The notes under the pieces are model-generated. The model worked only from the letters and a program-made list of their open reading frames with translations. It had not been told where the DNA came from and did no database searches. 64,000 bases of DNA from an uncultured Chloroflexota bacterium (GTDB lineage: Bacteria > Chloroflexota > UBA11872). Shown piece after piece: positions 9,753 through 19,337 of this stretch (its first letter is position 1; each line of letters opens with the position of its first letter). Position numbers and translations under genes: made by a program. The stretch is from positions 719,899-783,898 of the forward strand of contig OY282448.1 of NCBI GenBank assembly GCA_958296175.1. Reading direction: 5' to 3'.

Positions 9753-10330
9753 GCGCCCGCCGGCGCGGGCGTGATGGCCAGGCGCCGGCCGTCGGCGTGC
9801 ACCATGGCGCCGCTGAGTCCCGCAACCGAGGGGCCGCGCAGGTCGAAGCTGAACCGGCCGGCGGCGTCGCGCCGCGGGTCGCGCCGCCGCACGTCCAAGA
9901 CGGCCAGCTGCACGTCCTCGCTGCGCACGCGCAGGCCGCCGCCGCCCGCGAGGCGCGTGAGCACCACCTCGCCGCGCACCTGAATCTCGTTTTCCAGCGC
10001 GGCCTCGGGGTCCAGCAGCAGCACGTACCCGTCGAACTGGATGGTCAGGTCGGTTCCATCCTCGGCGGCGCGGCGGCGCACGGTGGCCGTGCCGCGGCTG
10101 CCGTCCACCACGCGCGTGCCTTCCGCGTCGGCGGCTTTGGGTTCGATCTCCGCTTCGATGACGCGCGCGACCAGCGTGCGAAGCAACCGGCCCGCCCGCT
10201 CTTCCTCCGAGAGCAGCGGGCCGTCGGGCGGCGCCGCGTCGGGCAGCGCGCCGGGGTCGACGGCGTTCACCGCCAGCGCGGCCGCCAGCAGCGCCGTGGC
10301 CAGACCCAGCAGCAGCCAGAACCGGTTCAC
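9749..10330 (-). CDS. hypothetical exported/membrane-anchored protein
   Basis: GTG start followed by a hydrophobic N-terminus (NRFWLLLGLATALLAAALAVNA); stop overlaps the stop of the convergent gene. Confidence 0.6.
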   Translation of the reverse strand: MNRFWLLLGLATALLAAALAVNAVDPGALPDAAPPDGPLLSEEERAGRLLRTLVARVIEAEIEPKAADAEGTRVVDGSRGTATVRRRAAEDGTDLTIQFDGYVLLLDPEAALENEIQVRGEVVLTRLAGGGGLRVRSEDVQLAVLDVRRRDPRRDAAGRFSFDLRGPSVAGLSGAMVHADGRRLAITPAPAGA

Positions 10331-10610
10331 CCGCCCCGGTCCGACCCCAGCTCGTGAACCAGCGCCGCCGCGCGCAGCAAGCCTTCCGCCATCTGACTGC
10401 GGCCCGCGTTGTGCACGCACACGAAGACGACCAGCGGCGCTCGGTCTGGACCGCGGCTGCCGGCGTCGGCCATTGGGCTGAGGTCAGGAACCATTGGACT
10501 GGAGTCCGGAGAGCGCAGGCGCGTCTGGTCTCTATCTTAGGCCCGTCACGACCGCCCGCGCCTCAGGCGCAAAGAACCGCCGCCGCCGCCCCTGCCCCTG
10601 CTCCCGCGCC

Positions 10611-10730
10611 CGTCGTCTTTCCCCTCTCCCCGCGCCTACGGAGCCAGTGCCTTCGTTTCCTTGCGCGCCGCCGCCGTCTTTCCCCTCTCCCCGCGCCGGC
10701 GGGGAGAGGGTTAGGGTGAGGGGCCCCCTT
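10611..10730. repeat. BoxC-like dispersed palindromic repeat (one full and one partial copy)
   Basis: GTCTTTCCCCTCTCCCCGCGCC twice; CCCTCTCCCCGC..GCGGGGAGAGGG TTAGGGTGAGGG. Confidence 0.75.
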
Positions 10731-10784
10731 CGCCCCACGGCGGGGGGGGGGGACGATCGGGCAGCTTCGGCGCGCGGCCGCCGC

Positions 10785-11849
10785 CTAGTGGTGCACCACC
10801 ACCGGCGTGCCGTGGTCGCAGAAGTTCCAGGCCCAGCGCGAGTCGTCCAGGCGCAGGTTCACGCAGCCCGCGCTGCGTGTCTGGCCGAATTCGTCGTGCC
10901 AGTAGGCGTAGTGAAACCCGATCCAGCGTTCGGTGAAGTACTGAATGTGCTGGATGTCGTCCAGGTCGTATTCGGCCGCGGTGCTGCCGTTGGACACCAT
11001 GCGGGCGCGCGGCACGCGCATGAAGATGCGGTAGCTGCCGCTCGGCGTGTAGTCGGGGTAGACCCCGGTCGAGGTGGCGGCCTGCCGCACCGGCGTATCG
11101 CCGTCGAAGAACGTCACCACCTGGCGCGTGAGGTCCACCTGTGCGCGGCGGTCGGCCGGCGGGCCGTACAGCGGGTCGAGCGCCTGCAGGTCCACCACGG
11201 GCGCGTGCCGCGCGCGCGGGACCGGCGCCATGGGCACGCCCCGCCGGTTGGCCTCCATGATTCCGAGCGGAAGCTGGCTGACGCGGCTGCCGGCCGAGAC
11301 CAGCACCGCGCGGCCAAAGACTTGCCAGAGCGCGTTCGCCCCCTCCACCGCCGGCGCCAGCGGATAGCCGAACCGGAAGACCCCGCCGCTCTCGCGGTGG
11401 TAGGGCCAGAGATCGGGATGCGCGGCCACGCCGGTCTGGCGGAAGTACTGGCCGGGCTGCGGCGCGGACGGCGTCGGCCGCCGGGACACGTAGGCGCGGC
11501 CGATTTCGACCGGAACGACCCCCAGCGGTTCGCGCGAGGTGGGCGCCAGCTCCAGCGCCCCGCGCTCGAAGAACTGCACGCGCCGGCTCCCGAGGCGCAC
11601 CTGCTCGGTCACCGGCCAGCCGATGCCTTCCTCGCGGCCGTATTGCAGCCACCACACCAGCATCGGGCCGCCAAGGTGATGGCCCTGGTCCGGCAGATAG
11701 ATCACCGGCTGGGGCGCGTCGGCCTCGGGCGTGTCGGCGCGGGCGACGCCGGCGCCCACGCTTATGGAGGCGCCGACCGCCGCCAACAGGCGCGTCAGGA
11801 ACGCGCGGCGGGACGGGTTGGAACTCGAAGACAACGAAGGAACAGACAC
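10785..11849 (-). CDS. L,D-transpeptidase (YkuD family) with Tat signal
   Basis: SRRAFL twin-arginine motif; catalytic H...SAGCVNL; N-terminal YLPDQGH / GWPVTE / QFFERG repeats. Confidence 0.88.
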   Translation of the reverse strand: MSVPSLSSSSNPSRRAFLTRLLAAVGASISVGAGVARADTPEADAPQPVIYLPDQGHHLGGPMLVWWLQYGREEGIGWPVTEQVRLGSRRVQFFERGALELAPTSREPLGVVPVEIGRAYVSRRPTPSAPQPGQYFRQTGVAAHPDLWPYHRESGGVFRFGYPLAPAVEGANALWQVFGRAVLVSAGSRVSQLPLGIMEANRRGVPMAPVPRARHAPVVDLQALDPLYGPPADRRAQVDLTRQVVTFFDGDTPVRQAATSTGVYPDYTPSGSYRIFMRVPRARMVSNGSTAAEYDLDDIQHIQYFTERWIGFHYAYWHDEFGQTRSAGCVNLRLDDSRWAWNFCDHGTPVVVHH

Positions 11850-12166
11850 CAAGCCAGTCTCCCGGCGAGGCCGGCCTCCCACGATCTCGCAAAACGACGG
11901 CGCTCCATCAGCGCCGCCACGCTCATAGTACGCCAACGCCCCGCCAGCGCAAGGGGGGGGCATATCGACCTCGGCTCCTCCGCCGCCGTCGCCCGCCCAG
12001 GAGGGGTCCGTTGCAACACCCGTCGTTCCGACCCCGTATCGAGTACAGGCGGGCTGTTGCCGGAACGCCGGGGTTCGCCCAGGTCTCAGAGGGAGCGGGG
12101 CGGTGGAAAAGAACCTGGCGGGGGAATGCGGCGGCGCGGGGCGGGGGCGCCGAGGGGCGCCCGTGG

Positions 12167-13300
12167 TCAGCGGGTGTTCGAAGGCGCGGGGTCGGGGAGC
12201 CGCTCTTGGGCCCAGGCCAGGATGTCGGGGTTCAGCAGGAACTCGACGTCGGCGTCGGCGCGCATGGTTTGCAGCCAGCGGTCGAAGGTTGCGTTGCGGC
12301 GGCGGTCGGCGGTCTCGGGAGCGAGGCCGCGGGACGCGGCGCGTTCGTGAACCAGGATGACGTGCCAGCCCAGCGGCGTCTCCACGGGCCGGCTGCGGGT
12401 TCCGGGCCGCAGCTCGAAGGCCGCCTGGTCCCAGACCTCCGGCATGAGGCCGCGCGGCAGCCAGCCAAGGTCGCCGCCGTCCGGCGCGCTGTCGTCGATG
12501 GATACCTGCTCGGCCACCAGCGCGAAGGGCTGGAGCGCCTTCAAGCGGGCGACCACGGTTTCGGCCTGGTCCTCGGCGGCGGTCACGATCTGCGCGGCGC
12601 GAATCTGTTCGGGCGCCGGGTCGAGCTCCGACGCCAGCCGCTCGGCCACCGCGGCGGCCAGCGCGCGGTCGGCGATGACGCCGCGAATGGTGTCGGCGCC
12701 GAGCCCGGTCTGGTCACGCACGCGCGCAAAGGCCTGCTCGAACGAGGCGTCGTCCTGTTGGCCGCCAACCACGCGCACGAACTCGGCCAGGGCCGCGTCC
12801 ACGTCGGCGTCGGAGACCTCGACCTGCATCTCCAGCGCCGCGGGGCGCACGACCTCCGCGGCGACCAGATCGGTTACGGCCCCGAAGGTCAGCGTGGCCA
12901 GCTGCGATTGCAGCTCGTCCGGCGCGGCGGCGCCGGCGGCAGTTGGCGCGGCGGCGATGCGCCGCCGCAGTTCCAGCCCGCGCAGCGCCAGGTAGTCCGC
13001 ATAGCGCGCGGCGGTGATTGGTTCGCCGTTCACGATGGCGACCGGTTCGGCGGGCCGCGCAACCAGCTCGCCGTAGAGCGACGCGCCGATCAAGGCGCCG
13101 GTGACGGCCGCCAGCAGCGCGGCGGCGGCGATCAGGGACTTGGCGGCGGCGGCGCGGCGCAGGGAGGGCCGCTGCTCGCGCCAGTCGCGCAGCGCGGCGG
13201 GCAGGTCGCGCCACGCCAGGCTGACGCTGGCGCGTTGGCGGGCGGCGCGGCGGCGGTCGCGGGCGGCGCGGCGGCGTTGGGCGTGCGTGCGCGGCGGCAT
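12167..13300 (-). CDS. PpiC/PrsA-type peptidylprolyl isomerase (SurA-like N-terminus)
   Basis: GGDLGWLPRG, PVETPLGWHVI; single TM anchor. Confidence 0.88.
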   Translation of the reverse strand: MPPRTHAQRRRAARDRRRAARQRASVSLAWRDLPAALRDWREQRPSLRRAAAAKSLIAAAALLAAVTGALIGASLYGELVARPAEPVAIVNGEPITAARYADYLALRGLELRRRIAAAPTAAGAAAPDELQSQLATLTFGAVTDLVAAEVVRPAALEMQVEVSDADVDAALAEFVRVVGGQQDDASFEQAFARVRDQTGLGADTIRGVIADRALAAAVAERLASELDPAPEQIRAAQIVTAAEDQAETVVARLKALQPFALVAEQVSIDDSAPDGGDLGWLPRGLMPEVWDQAAFELRPGTRSRPVETPLGWHVILVHERAASRGLAPETADRRRNATFDRWLQTMRADADVEFLLNPDILAWAQERLPDPAPSNTR

Positions 13301-13318
13301 CCGCGCGAAGGTCTGGCG

Positions 13319-13654
13319 CTAGCCGCGCAGGCGGCGGCGCACCACGTAGGGCAGCAGGCCCAGATAGCGGGCGCGCTTGATGGCGATGGCCAGCTTGCGC
13401 TGATTCTTGGCCGTGATGCCCGTCTTGCGGCGCGACTCGATGCGGCCCGTGTCGGCGATGAAGCGCCGCAGCAGCATGGCGTTCTTGTAGTCGATGGGTT
13501 CGCCGGTCTGATTGAAGTAGTCGCCGCGGCGCCGGAACCCGCGGCCGCGGCCGCGCCCACGGCCGCCCGGCCGCGGGCGTCCGCCCGACCCGCCGCCGCC
13601 CGACGGCGGCCGCTGGCTGCTTTCCGTTGTTCCGGTGGGTCTGTCGGTGGCCAT
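13319..13654 (-). CDS. rpsR: 30S ribosomal protein S18 (Cys-free form, Gly/Arg-rich N-terminal extension)
   Basis: IDYKN...TGRI...[19 protein letters not shown]. Confidence 0.96.
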   Translation of the reverse strand: MATDRPTGTTESSQRPPSGGGGSGGRPRPGGRGRGRGRGFRRRGDYFNQTGEPIDYKNAMLLRRFIADTGRIESRRKTGITAKNQRKLAIAIKRARYLGLLPYVVRRRLRG

Positions 13655-13681
13655 GGCGTCCGTCCTGGGTGCTGGTGCGCG

Positions 13682-14188
13682 CTAAAAGGGCAGGTCGTCG
13701 GGGGAAATGTCGCCCTGGTCCGCCGCCGGGCGGTTGCCGCTCTGGTTGTCTGGGCGTCCGCCGCCGTCGGAGCGTGCCTCGTCGCGGTCACCGTACGACC
13801 CGCCGCCGTCACCGCCGCTCGAGCGGCTGCCCAGCATCATCATGTCGCGCGCGATCAGCTCGGTGGTGGTGCGGTCGTTGCCTTCGCGGTCTTGCCACTG
13901 GCGCGTTTCCAGCCGTCCTTCGATGTAGACCTGGGAACCGCGGCGGAGGTATTCGTTGGCGATCTCGGCAAGCCGCCTCCAGGCCACGATGCGGAACCAC
14001 TCGGTGCGCTCGCGCGCCTCCCCGTCGCGGCCTTGCCAACTGTCATTGACCGCCACGCTGAAGTTGGTGACGGGCGTGCCGTCCTGCGTGAAGCGCATCT
14101 CAGGGTCGCGCCCCAGGTTGCCGATGATCTGGACTTTGTTGAGGCCGCGCGAGCGGCCGCGCCGCTGTTGCCCGCTCTCGTTCGTCAA
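13682..14188 (-). CDS. ssb: single-stranded DNA-binding protein
   Basis: LNKVQIIGNLGRDPE, C-terminal DDLPF. Confidence 0.97.
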   Translation of the reverse strand: MTNESGQQRRGRSRGLNKVQIIGNLGRDPEMRFTQDGTPVTNFSVAVNDSWQGRDGEARERTEWFRIVAWRRLAEIANEYLRRGSQVYIEGRLETRQWQDREGNDRTTTELIARDMMMLGSRSSGGDGGGSYGDRDEARSDGGGRPDNQSGNRPAADQGDISPDDLPF

Positions 14189-14523
14189 CGGTGCGCCTCC
14201 GCCAGCTGCTTGGCCTCGTAGGCGGCCACATCGGGGTCTTCGGCCACGATCAGGAAGCGCGTCACGTCTTCCAGCAGCCGCAGCGAGCGCTCCAGCTCGG
14301 CAACGTTGGCCGGGTCGATGGTGAATTTCAAGAGCACGTAGTGCCCCTCGTTCTGATTCTCGATCGGGTAGGCAAACTTGCGGCGGCCCCAGGCGTTGGC
14401 CGTGTCCACCTCGCCGCCCTGGACGCTGATGCGCTCGGTGACGGCGTCAATGTGGGCGGCGGTGAGCTCGGGGACCTGGCCGACCCCAAAGATCACCACG
14501 AGTTCGTAACTGCGCACGGCCAT
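14185..14523 (-). CDS. rpsF: 30S ribosomal protein S6
   Basis: RSYELVVI, WGRRKFAYPI; rpsF-ssb-rpsR gene order. Confidence 0.96.
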   Translation of the reverse strand: MAVRSYELVVIFGVGQVPELTAAHIDAVTERISVQGGEVDTANAWGRRKFAYPIENQNEGHYVLLKFTIDPANVAELERSLRLLEDVTRFLIVAEDPDVAAYEAKQLAEAHR

Positions 14524-14761
14524 GTCGTTTCCAGAAGTCTAGCTGCGCCGCGGGGCGCAGAGTTCCAACTCCGCTGAGCTGCGGACGGCAACTCTAGCAT
14601 AGGACACGCGCGGGGAGGATGCGTGGACCGTGCCTGGCTGCCGGGGGATTGGCGGGCAGCGCGGCGGCAGGCGGGAACGGCGGCGTGTTCGCGCGGTGCA
14701 CAATGGAGGAGCAGAGGGGCGGCTGGGCGGCGATGGCCGGGGCGGCGGATAGGAGACCGAG

Positions 14762-15712
14762 GTGAAGGCGCTGCTGCTGGGCGCGGCGGCGGTCGGCGCG
14801 TGGCTGGCGCTGCGGGGGCGGCCGCCCCCATTCGAGATCACCGCGCATCTCGAGGACGGCCGCCGGACCCCAACCAGCGACGGCCGCTTGTACAGCCGCG
14901 CGTTCGGCGCGGGGGCGGACGTGCTGATGCTGCCCGGCTTCTGCGGCAACACGCGCACCTGGGAGTTCGTGACCCCGCGCCTGGCGCGTGAGTTCCGAGT
15001 GCACTGGCTCGACCTGCTGGGCCACGGGCTGTCCGACAAGCCCGCCGCCGCCCGCTACGACGCCGCCGCGCACGCCGCGCGCGTGATCGAGTGGATGGAC
15101 GCCCAGCGGCTGGCGCGCACAGTCGTGGCGGCCAGTTCGGCCGGGGCGCAGACGGCGGTCAGGCTGGCGGCGGATTACCCGGCGCGCGTGGGCGGTCTGC
15201 TGCTGGTCAGCCCGTTTCTGGTTGCCAACCTCCAGCTGCGCCTGGCCGTCTGGCTGTTGCGCGCGCTGCCCGGCCCCACGGGCATGCTGGCGCAGCGGCT
15301 CTATGCGCAACGCTGGTACGTGCGCCTGGGGCAGATGCTGGGCCGCTGCGACGCCTGGGGGACGACCAGCGCCGACGTGGATCGGCAATACCTGACCTTC
15401 GGCACGCCGGGGTTCCTGGAGGCGCTGCCGGCCATGCTGGCCGGCGTGGACCCGCTGGCGCACGACCAGGCGATTGCGCGGACCGCCTGCCCCGTGCTGA
15501 CGATCATCGGCGAGACCGACCGGGTCGCGGCCTACGACCTGGCCCTGGGGCTGGTCGGGCGCTTTGCCGACGCCGAGCTGCGCGTCATTCCACAGACGGG
15601 CCACCTGCCGCACGAGGAGGCGCCCGACGCCTTTCTGGAACGCGCCGCGCCCTTCCTGGCGCGCACGGCCTGCGCCGCGGCCGCTGGGGGGCAGCCGCGG
15701 CGGAGCGCCTGA
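14762..15712 (+). CDS. alpha/beta fold hydrolase
   Basis: DLLGHGLSD, ASSAG nucleophile elbow, GHLPHEE. Confidence 0.88.
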   Translation: MKALLLGAAAVGAWLALRGRPPPFEITAHLEDGRRTPTSDGRLYSRAFGAGADVLMLPGFCGNTRTWEFVTPRLAREFRVHWLDLLGHGLSDKPAAARYDAAAHAARVIEWMDAQRLARTVVAASSAGAQTAVRLAADYPARVGGLLLVSPFLVANLQLRLAVWLLRALPGPTGMLAQRLYAQRWYVRLGQMLGRCDAWGTTSADVDRQYLTFGTPGFLEALPAMLAGVDPLAHDQAIARTACPVLTIIGETDRVAAYDLALGLVGRFADAELRVIPQTGHLPHEEAPDAFLERAAPFLARTACAAAAGGQPRRSA

Positions 15713-15736
15713 GCGGCCGGTGGAGCGGCGGCGGCG

Positions 15737-16414
15737 GTGAGCGGCCTGGCGGCGCTGGCGTGCGCCGTGCACGGCTGCCGCCGCTGTCCGCGGTTGACGG
15801 CCTGGCGCGAGGAGGTTGCGCGCGTGAAGCGCGCCGCGTATCGAGACGAGATCTACTGGGGGCGTCCCGTGGCGGGGTTTGGCGACCCGCAGGCGCGCGT
15901 GCTGCTGGTTGGGCTGGCGCCCGCGGCGCACGGCGGCAACCGCACCGGCCGGGTGTTCACGGGGGACCGGTCGGGGGACTTCCTGTTCGCGGCGCTGCAC
16001 CGCGCGGGGTTCGCCACCCAGGCGCGCAGCGAGCGGCGCGGCGACGGGCTGGCGCTGCGCGGCGCGTACCTGACGGCCATCGTGCGCTGCGCCCCGCCGG
16101 GCAACAAACCAACGGCCGCGGAGCGGGCCGCCTGCCAGCCTTGGCTGGATGCCGAACTCGATCTGCTTCCGCGGCTGCGCGTGCTGGTGGCGCTGGGCGG
16201 CGAGGCCTGGCGCCAGCTGCTGCGTCTGCTGCGCGACCGCGGCCAGTCCGTGCCGCGCCCGGCGCCCCCGTTCCGCCACGGGGCCGAAGCCGCGATCGGC
16301 GCTCGAACGCTGCTGGGCGCCTATCACCCCAGCCAGCAGAACACCTTCACCGGACGGCTGACGCCGCCGATGCTGGACGCGGTGCTGGCCCGCGCCCGCG
16401 AATTGGCCGAGTAA
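15737..16414 (+). CDS. uracil-DNA glycosylase, family 5 (UdgB-like, Fe-S)
   Basis: CRRCPRL, GLAPAAHGGNRTGRVFTGD, YHPSQQNT. Confidence 0.93.
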   Translation: MSGLAALACAVHGCRRCPRLTAWREEVARVKRAAYRDEIYWGRPVAGFGDPQARVLLVGLAPAAHGGNRTGRVFTGDRSGDFLFAALHRAGFATQARSERRGDGLALRGAYLTAIVRCAPPGNKPTAAERAACQPWLDAELDLLPRLRVLVALGGEAWRQLLRLLRDRGQSVPRPAPPFRHGAEAAIGARTLLGAYHPSQQNTFTGRLTPPMLDAVLARARELAE

Positions 16415-16507
16415 TCCGCGGCGAACCGCGGCTCTCGGTCCTCGGCTCCTCGCCGCAGGGAGACCTTTGCGTACCTCCCAGAAGAAGGGGCCGCCGGCGG
16501 CGCGCGG

Positions 16508-17293
16508 TCAGCTCGACGCGCTGGTGTAGTTCCGCAGGCCGAAGCGCCAGAAGCGCACGGCCGCCAGCAGGGCCGCGGCGGCGATCAGCGGGGCGGCCCA
16601 CAGCACCACCAGCGGCTCGCGCCCGGTGATGGTCTGGGCGGGCACGGTGGTGATGAAGGCGACGGGGAACACAAAGGTCAAGAGCTGCCGCAGCCAGAAC
16701 GGGTAGACCTCGACGGGGTAGCGGCCGGTCTCGAAGAACAGGTTGAAGATCATGGTGATGTTCTCGACGCGCACGAACCAGAACACCAGCGTGGTCAGCG
16801 CCAGCCAGATGGCGTAGACGATGGCGACGCCGGCGGTCATGGCGGCCGCGAAGACGGCGGCGCCGGCCAGGGTGACGTTCGCCTCCAGCCGGGCCAGGCC
16901 GACCCAGATCACGGCCGCGCCCAGCACCACGTCGCTGACGTGCCAGACGACGAAGCGGCGCGTGCTGGCCAGCAGCAGGGAGGGGGCAGGCTTGAGCAGC
17001 ATGTAGTCGAAAGTGCCTTCCCGGACTTCCTGCACGACCTTGTTGAGGCTGGGGCTTAGCACGGTGGAGACCAGGCCGTTGACCAGGTAATAGACGCCCA
17101 GCAGCACCAGGACCTGTTCCATCGTCCAGCCGCCCAGCACGCGGGTGTGCGCGAACACCACCGCCAGGCCGCCGATGGCCATGGCAATGCCGAGGGCGCT
17201 GCGGATTACGTTGCCCAGCAGCTCGCCGCGGTAGGCCGTCTCGTCCAGCAGGGCGGCGCGTCCGAACGCCCAGATCACCCGCGCCAGGCGCAT
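16508..17293 (-). CDS. ABC-2 type transporter permease
   Basis: Multiple TM segments; GTFDYMLLKP, RYPVEVYP. Confidence 0.88.
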   Translation of the reverse strand: MRLARVIWAFGRAALLDETAYRGELLGNVIRSALGIAMAIGGLAVVFAHTRVLGGWTMEQVLVLLGVYYLVNGLVSTVLSPSLNKVVQEVREGTFDYMLLKPAPSLLLASTRRFVVWHVSDVVLGAAVIWVGLARLEANVTLAGAAVFAAAMTAGVAIVYAIWLALTTLVFWFVRVENITMIFNLFFETGRYPVEVYPFWLRQLLTFVFPVAFITTVPAQTITGREPLVVLWAAPLIAAAALLAAVRFWRFGLRNYTSASS

Positions 17294-17295
17294 GG

Positions 17296-18099
17296 TCAGG
17301 CGCCCACGGCTTCGTAGTGGCGGATGCCGGCGCGCCACACCAGCGCCACGATCACGGCGGCCGCGGCCACCCAGCCGGCTTGCAGCGCCAGGCCCAGGGC
17401 GACCTCACCGGGCGGCAGGCGGTTAAGCAGCACCTCGATCGGGAAGCCCAGCGTGTAGCGCATCGGCAGCGCGGCGGCGAGCTGGCCCATGACGCCGGGC
17501 AGCAGCTCGACAGGCGCCACCTGGCCGCCGAGCAGGAAGGTGAGACCCATCCAGATTTCCCAGGACGACCCGGAGCGGGTGGTCCAAAAAGCGAGCAAGG
17601 CGAACCCCGTGCCGGCCAGGAAGGACAGGAGCACGGCGCCGGCCAGCGACAGCATGAAGAGCGCGATGCTGGCGGGAGTGGCGCCAAACTCCGGGCGCAG
17701 CACCAGGAACAGCGCCGTCCAGATCGGAATCAGCAGCAGCACGGCCACGGCCTTGTAGGACAGGTTGCGGGCGGCCGCCACCCACACGGGATGCATGGGC
17801 CGCAGCAGGTGCGGCGAGAGCCGGCCGTACTGAATCATCGGCCCAAAGGTGTAAATCTCGATGGCGACCGTGAGATGCGACACGATCATGAACGTGAGGT
17901 AGTAGGCCGTGAAGTCGCTCTGCCGCAGGCCGCCGACGTCGCCTTCCCCCGCCACGGCGGACCACACGGCCATATAGACGATCGGGTGGATGAACCCCCA
18001 CAGCGCATAGAGAAACACCACCACGCGGTATTGCAGCATGTCGGCCATCTCGGCGCGCAGCATGGCCAGCGGGCCCGCCAGCCCCAGGCGGAACGTCAC
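17296..18099 (-). CDS. ABC-2 type transporter permease
   Basis: Multiple TM segments; GRLSPHLLRP; GTG start overlaps the ATPase stop. Confidence 0.85.
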   Translation of the reverse strand: MTFRLGLAGPLAMLRAEMADMLQYRVVVFLYALWGFIHPIVYMAVWSAVAGEGDVGGLRQSDFTAYYLTFMIVSHLTVAIEIYTFGPMIQYGRLSPHLLRPMHPVWVAAARNLSYKAVAVLLLIPIWTALFLVLRPEFGATPASIALFMLSLAGAVLLSFLAGTGFALLAFWTTRSGSSWEIWMGLTFLLGGQVAPVELLPGVMGQLAAALPMRYTLGFPIEVLLNRLPPGEVALGLALQAGWVAAAAVIVALVWRAGIRHYEAVGA

Positions 18100-19079
18100 G
18101 TCCGGTTTCCGCGGAACACCTGCTCGATGACTTCTTCCAGCGGGGGATCTTCGACGCTGAGGTCGGCAACGGGCAGACGGGCCAGCAGCTGGCCGGTGAC
18201 GGCCGGGGCTTCGTCTTTGCGCGTGCGCACGGTGACCTGCGCGCCCTCCTGGCTGACGATTTCGCCCAGGCCGCGCAGCTCGGCGGGGTCCACGGGCTGT
18301 TCCAGATGCACGGTGATGGTCTTGTGCGGCGCGTAGCGTTCGGCCAGGCCGTGCAGGGCGCCGTCGTAGAGCAAGCGCCCGCGGTCGATCACGATGACAC
18401 GCTGCGCCAGGGCTTTTACGTCGGCCATGTAGTGGCTGGTCAGCAGCACGGTGGCGCCGGTTTCGGCGTTGTAACGCGCCACGAACGCGCGGATGCGCTG
18501 CTGCATGGTCACGTCCAGCCCAATCGTCGGCTCGTCCAGGAACAGCACGCGCGGGCCGTGCAGCAGGCCGGCGGCCAGCTCCACTTTCATGCGCTCGCCC
18601 AGCGACAGTTGGCGCACGGGCTTGGTCAGCAGGCCGTCCAGCTCCAGCAGCTCCGTCAGCAGGCCAACCGTGCGGCGGAAGACGGCGTCGTCGATCCCGA
18701 ACACCGCCTTGTTGACCTGAAACGAATCGCCGGCCGGCAGGTCCCAGAACAGTTGCTGGCGCTGGCCCATGATGAGAGTGATGCGCGCGAGGAAGTCGGC
18801 GCGGCGGTCCCAAGGCGTGAATCCCAGCACGTCCACGCGGCCGTGGGTGGGGTGCAGCAAGCCGCTGAGCACCTTGAGCGAGGTGGTCTTGCCCGCACCG
18901 TTCGGCCCCAGGAAGCCCACGATCTCGCCCGGCGCCACCTCGAACGAGATGCCGTCCACCGCGCGCACCAGACGGCGGCGGCGGCGCCAGACGCTGCGCA
19001 GCGAGGCGCGCAGGCCGGCGCCGCGCTCGGGCACCACGTAATGCTTGACCAGCCCATGCACGCGGATGTCGGGAGGCAT
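18096..19079 (-). CDS. ABC transporter ATP-binding protein
   Basis: Walker A GPNGAGKT, LSLGE signature, LFLDEPT. Confidence 0.95.
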   Translation of the reverse strand: MPPDIRVHGLVKHYVVPERGAGLRASLRSVWRRRRRLVRAVDGISFEVAPGEIVGFLGPNGAGKTTSLKVLSGLLHPTHGRVDVLGFTPWDRRADFLARITLIMGQRQQLFWDLPAGDSFQVNKAVFGIDDAVFRRTVGLLTELLELDGLLTKPVRQLSLGERMKVELAAGLLHGPRVLFLDEPTIGLDVTMQQRIRAFVARYNAETGATVLLTSHYMADVKALAQRVIVIDRGRLLYDGALHGLAERYAPHKTITVHLEQPVDPAELRGLGEIVSQEGAQVTVRTRKDEAPAVTGQLLARLPVADLSVEDPPLEEVIEQVFRGNRT

Positions 19080-19150
19080 GCGTTCATGCTAGCGATTCGG
19101 CGCGGCGGCGGAGGGGGAGGGGGCTCTGCTCTGTGCCTGGCTTTCCGCGG

Positions 19151-19266
19151 CCCCCCTCACCCCGACCCTCTCCCTGGAGGGAGAGGGGGAAGACGGGGAT
19201 ATCTCTAGGGTGATCGTCGGCGTGGTGACGGGTCTGGTCTCCAGGGCGAGGGGGAAGAAGGAGGGG
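19151..19266. repeat. BoxC-like dispersed repeat (one full and one degenerate copy)
   Basis: CCCTCACCCCGACCCTCTCCCTGGAGGGAGAGGGGGAAGACGG. Confidence 0.75.
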
Positions 19267-19337
19267 TCTCTCTAGGGGGCGCGGGGGAAATCACGTGCGG
19301 CGTGTCACACTCGGGGGATTCGACTGGGAGGCCCGCC

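Noticed and set aside
14524..14600. Possible S6:S18 leader RNA upstream of rpsF
   Set aside because: A hairpin is present, but I could not match the consensus convincingly by eye
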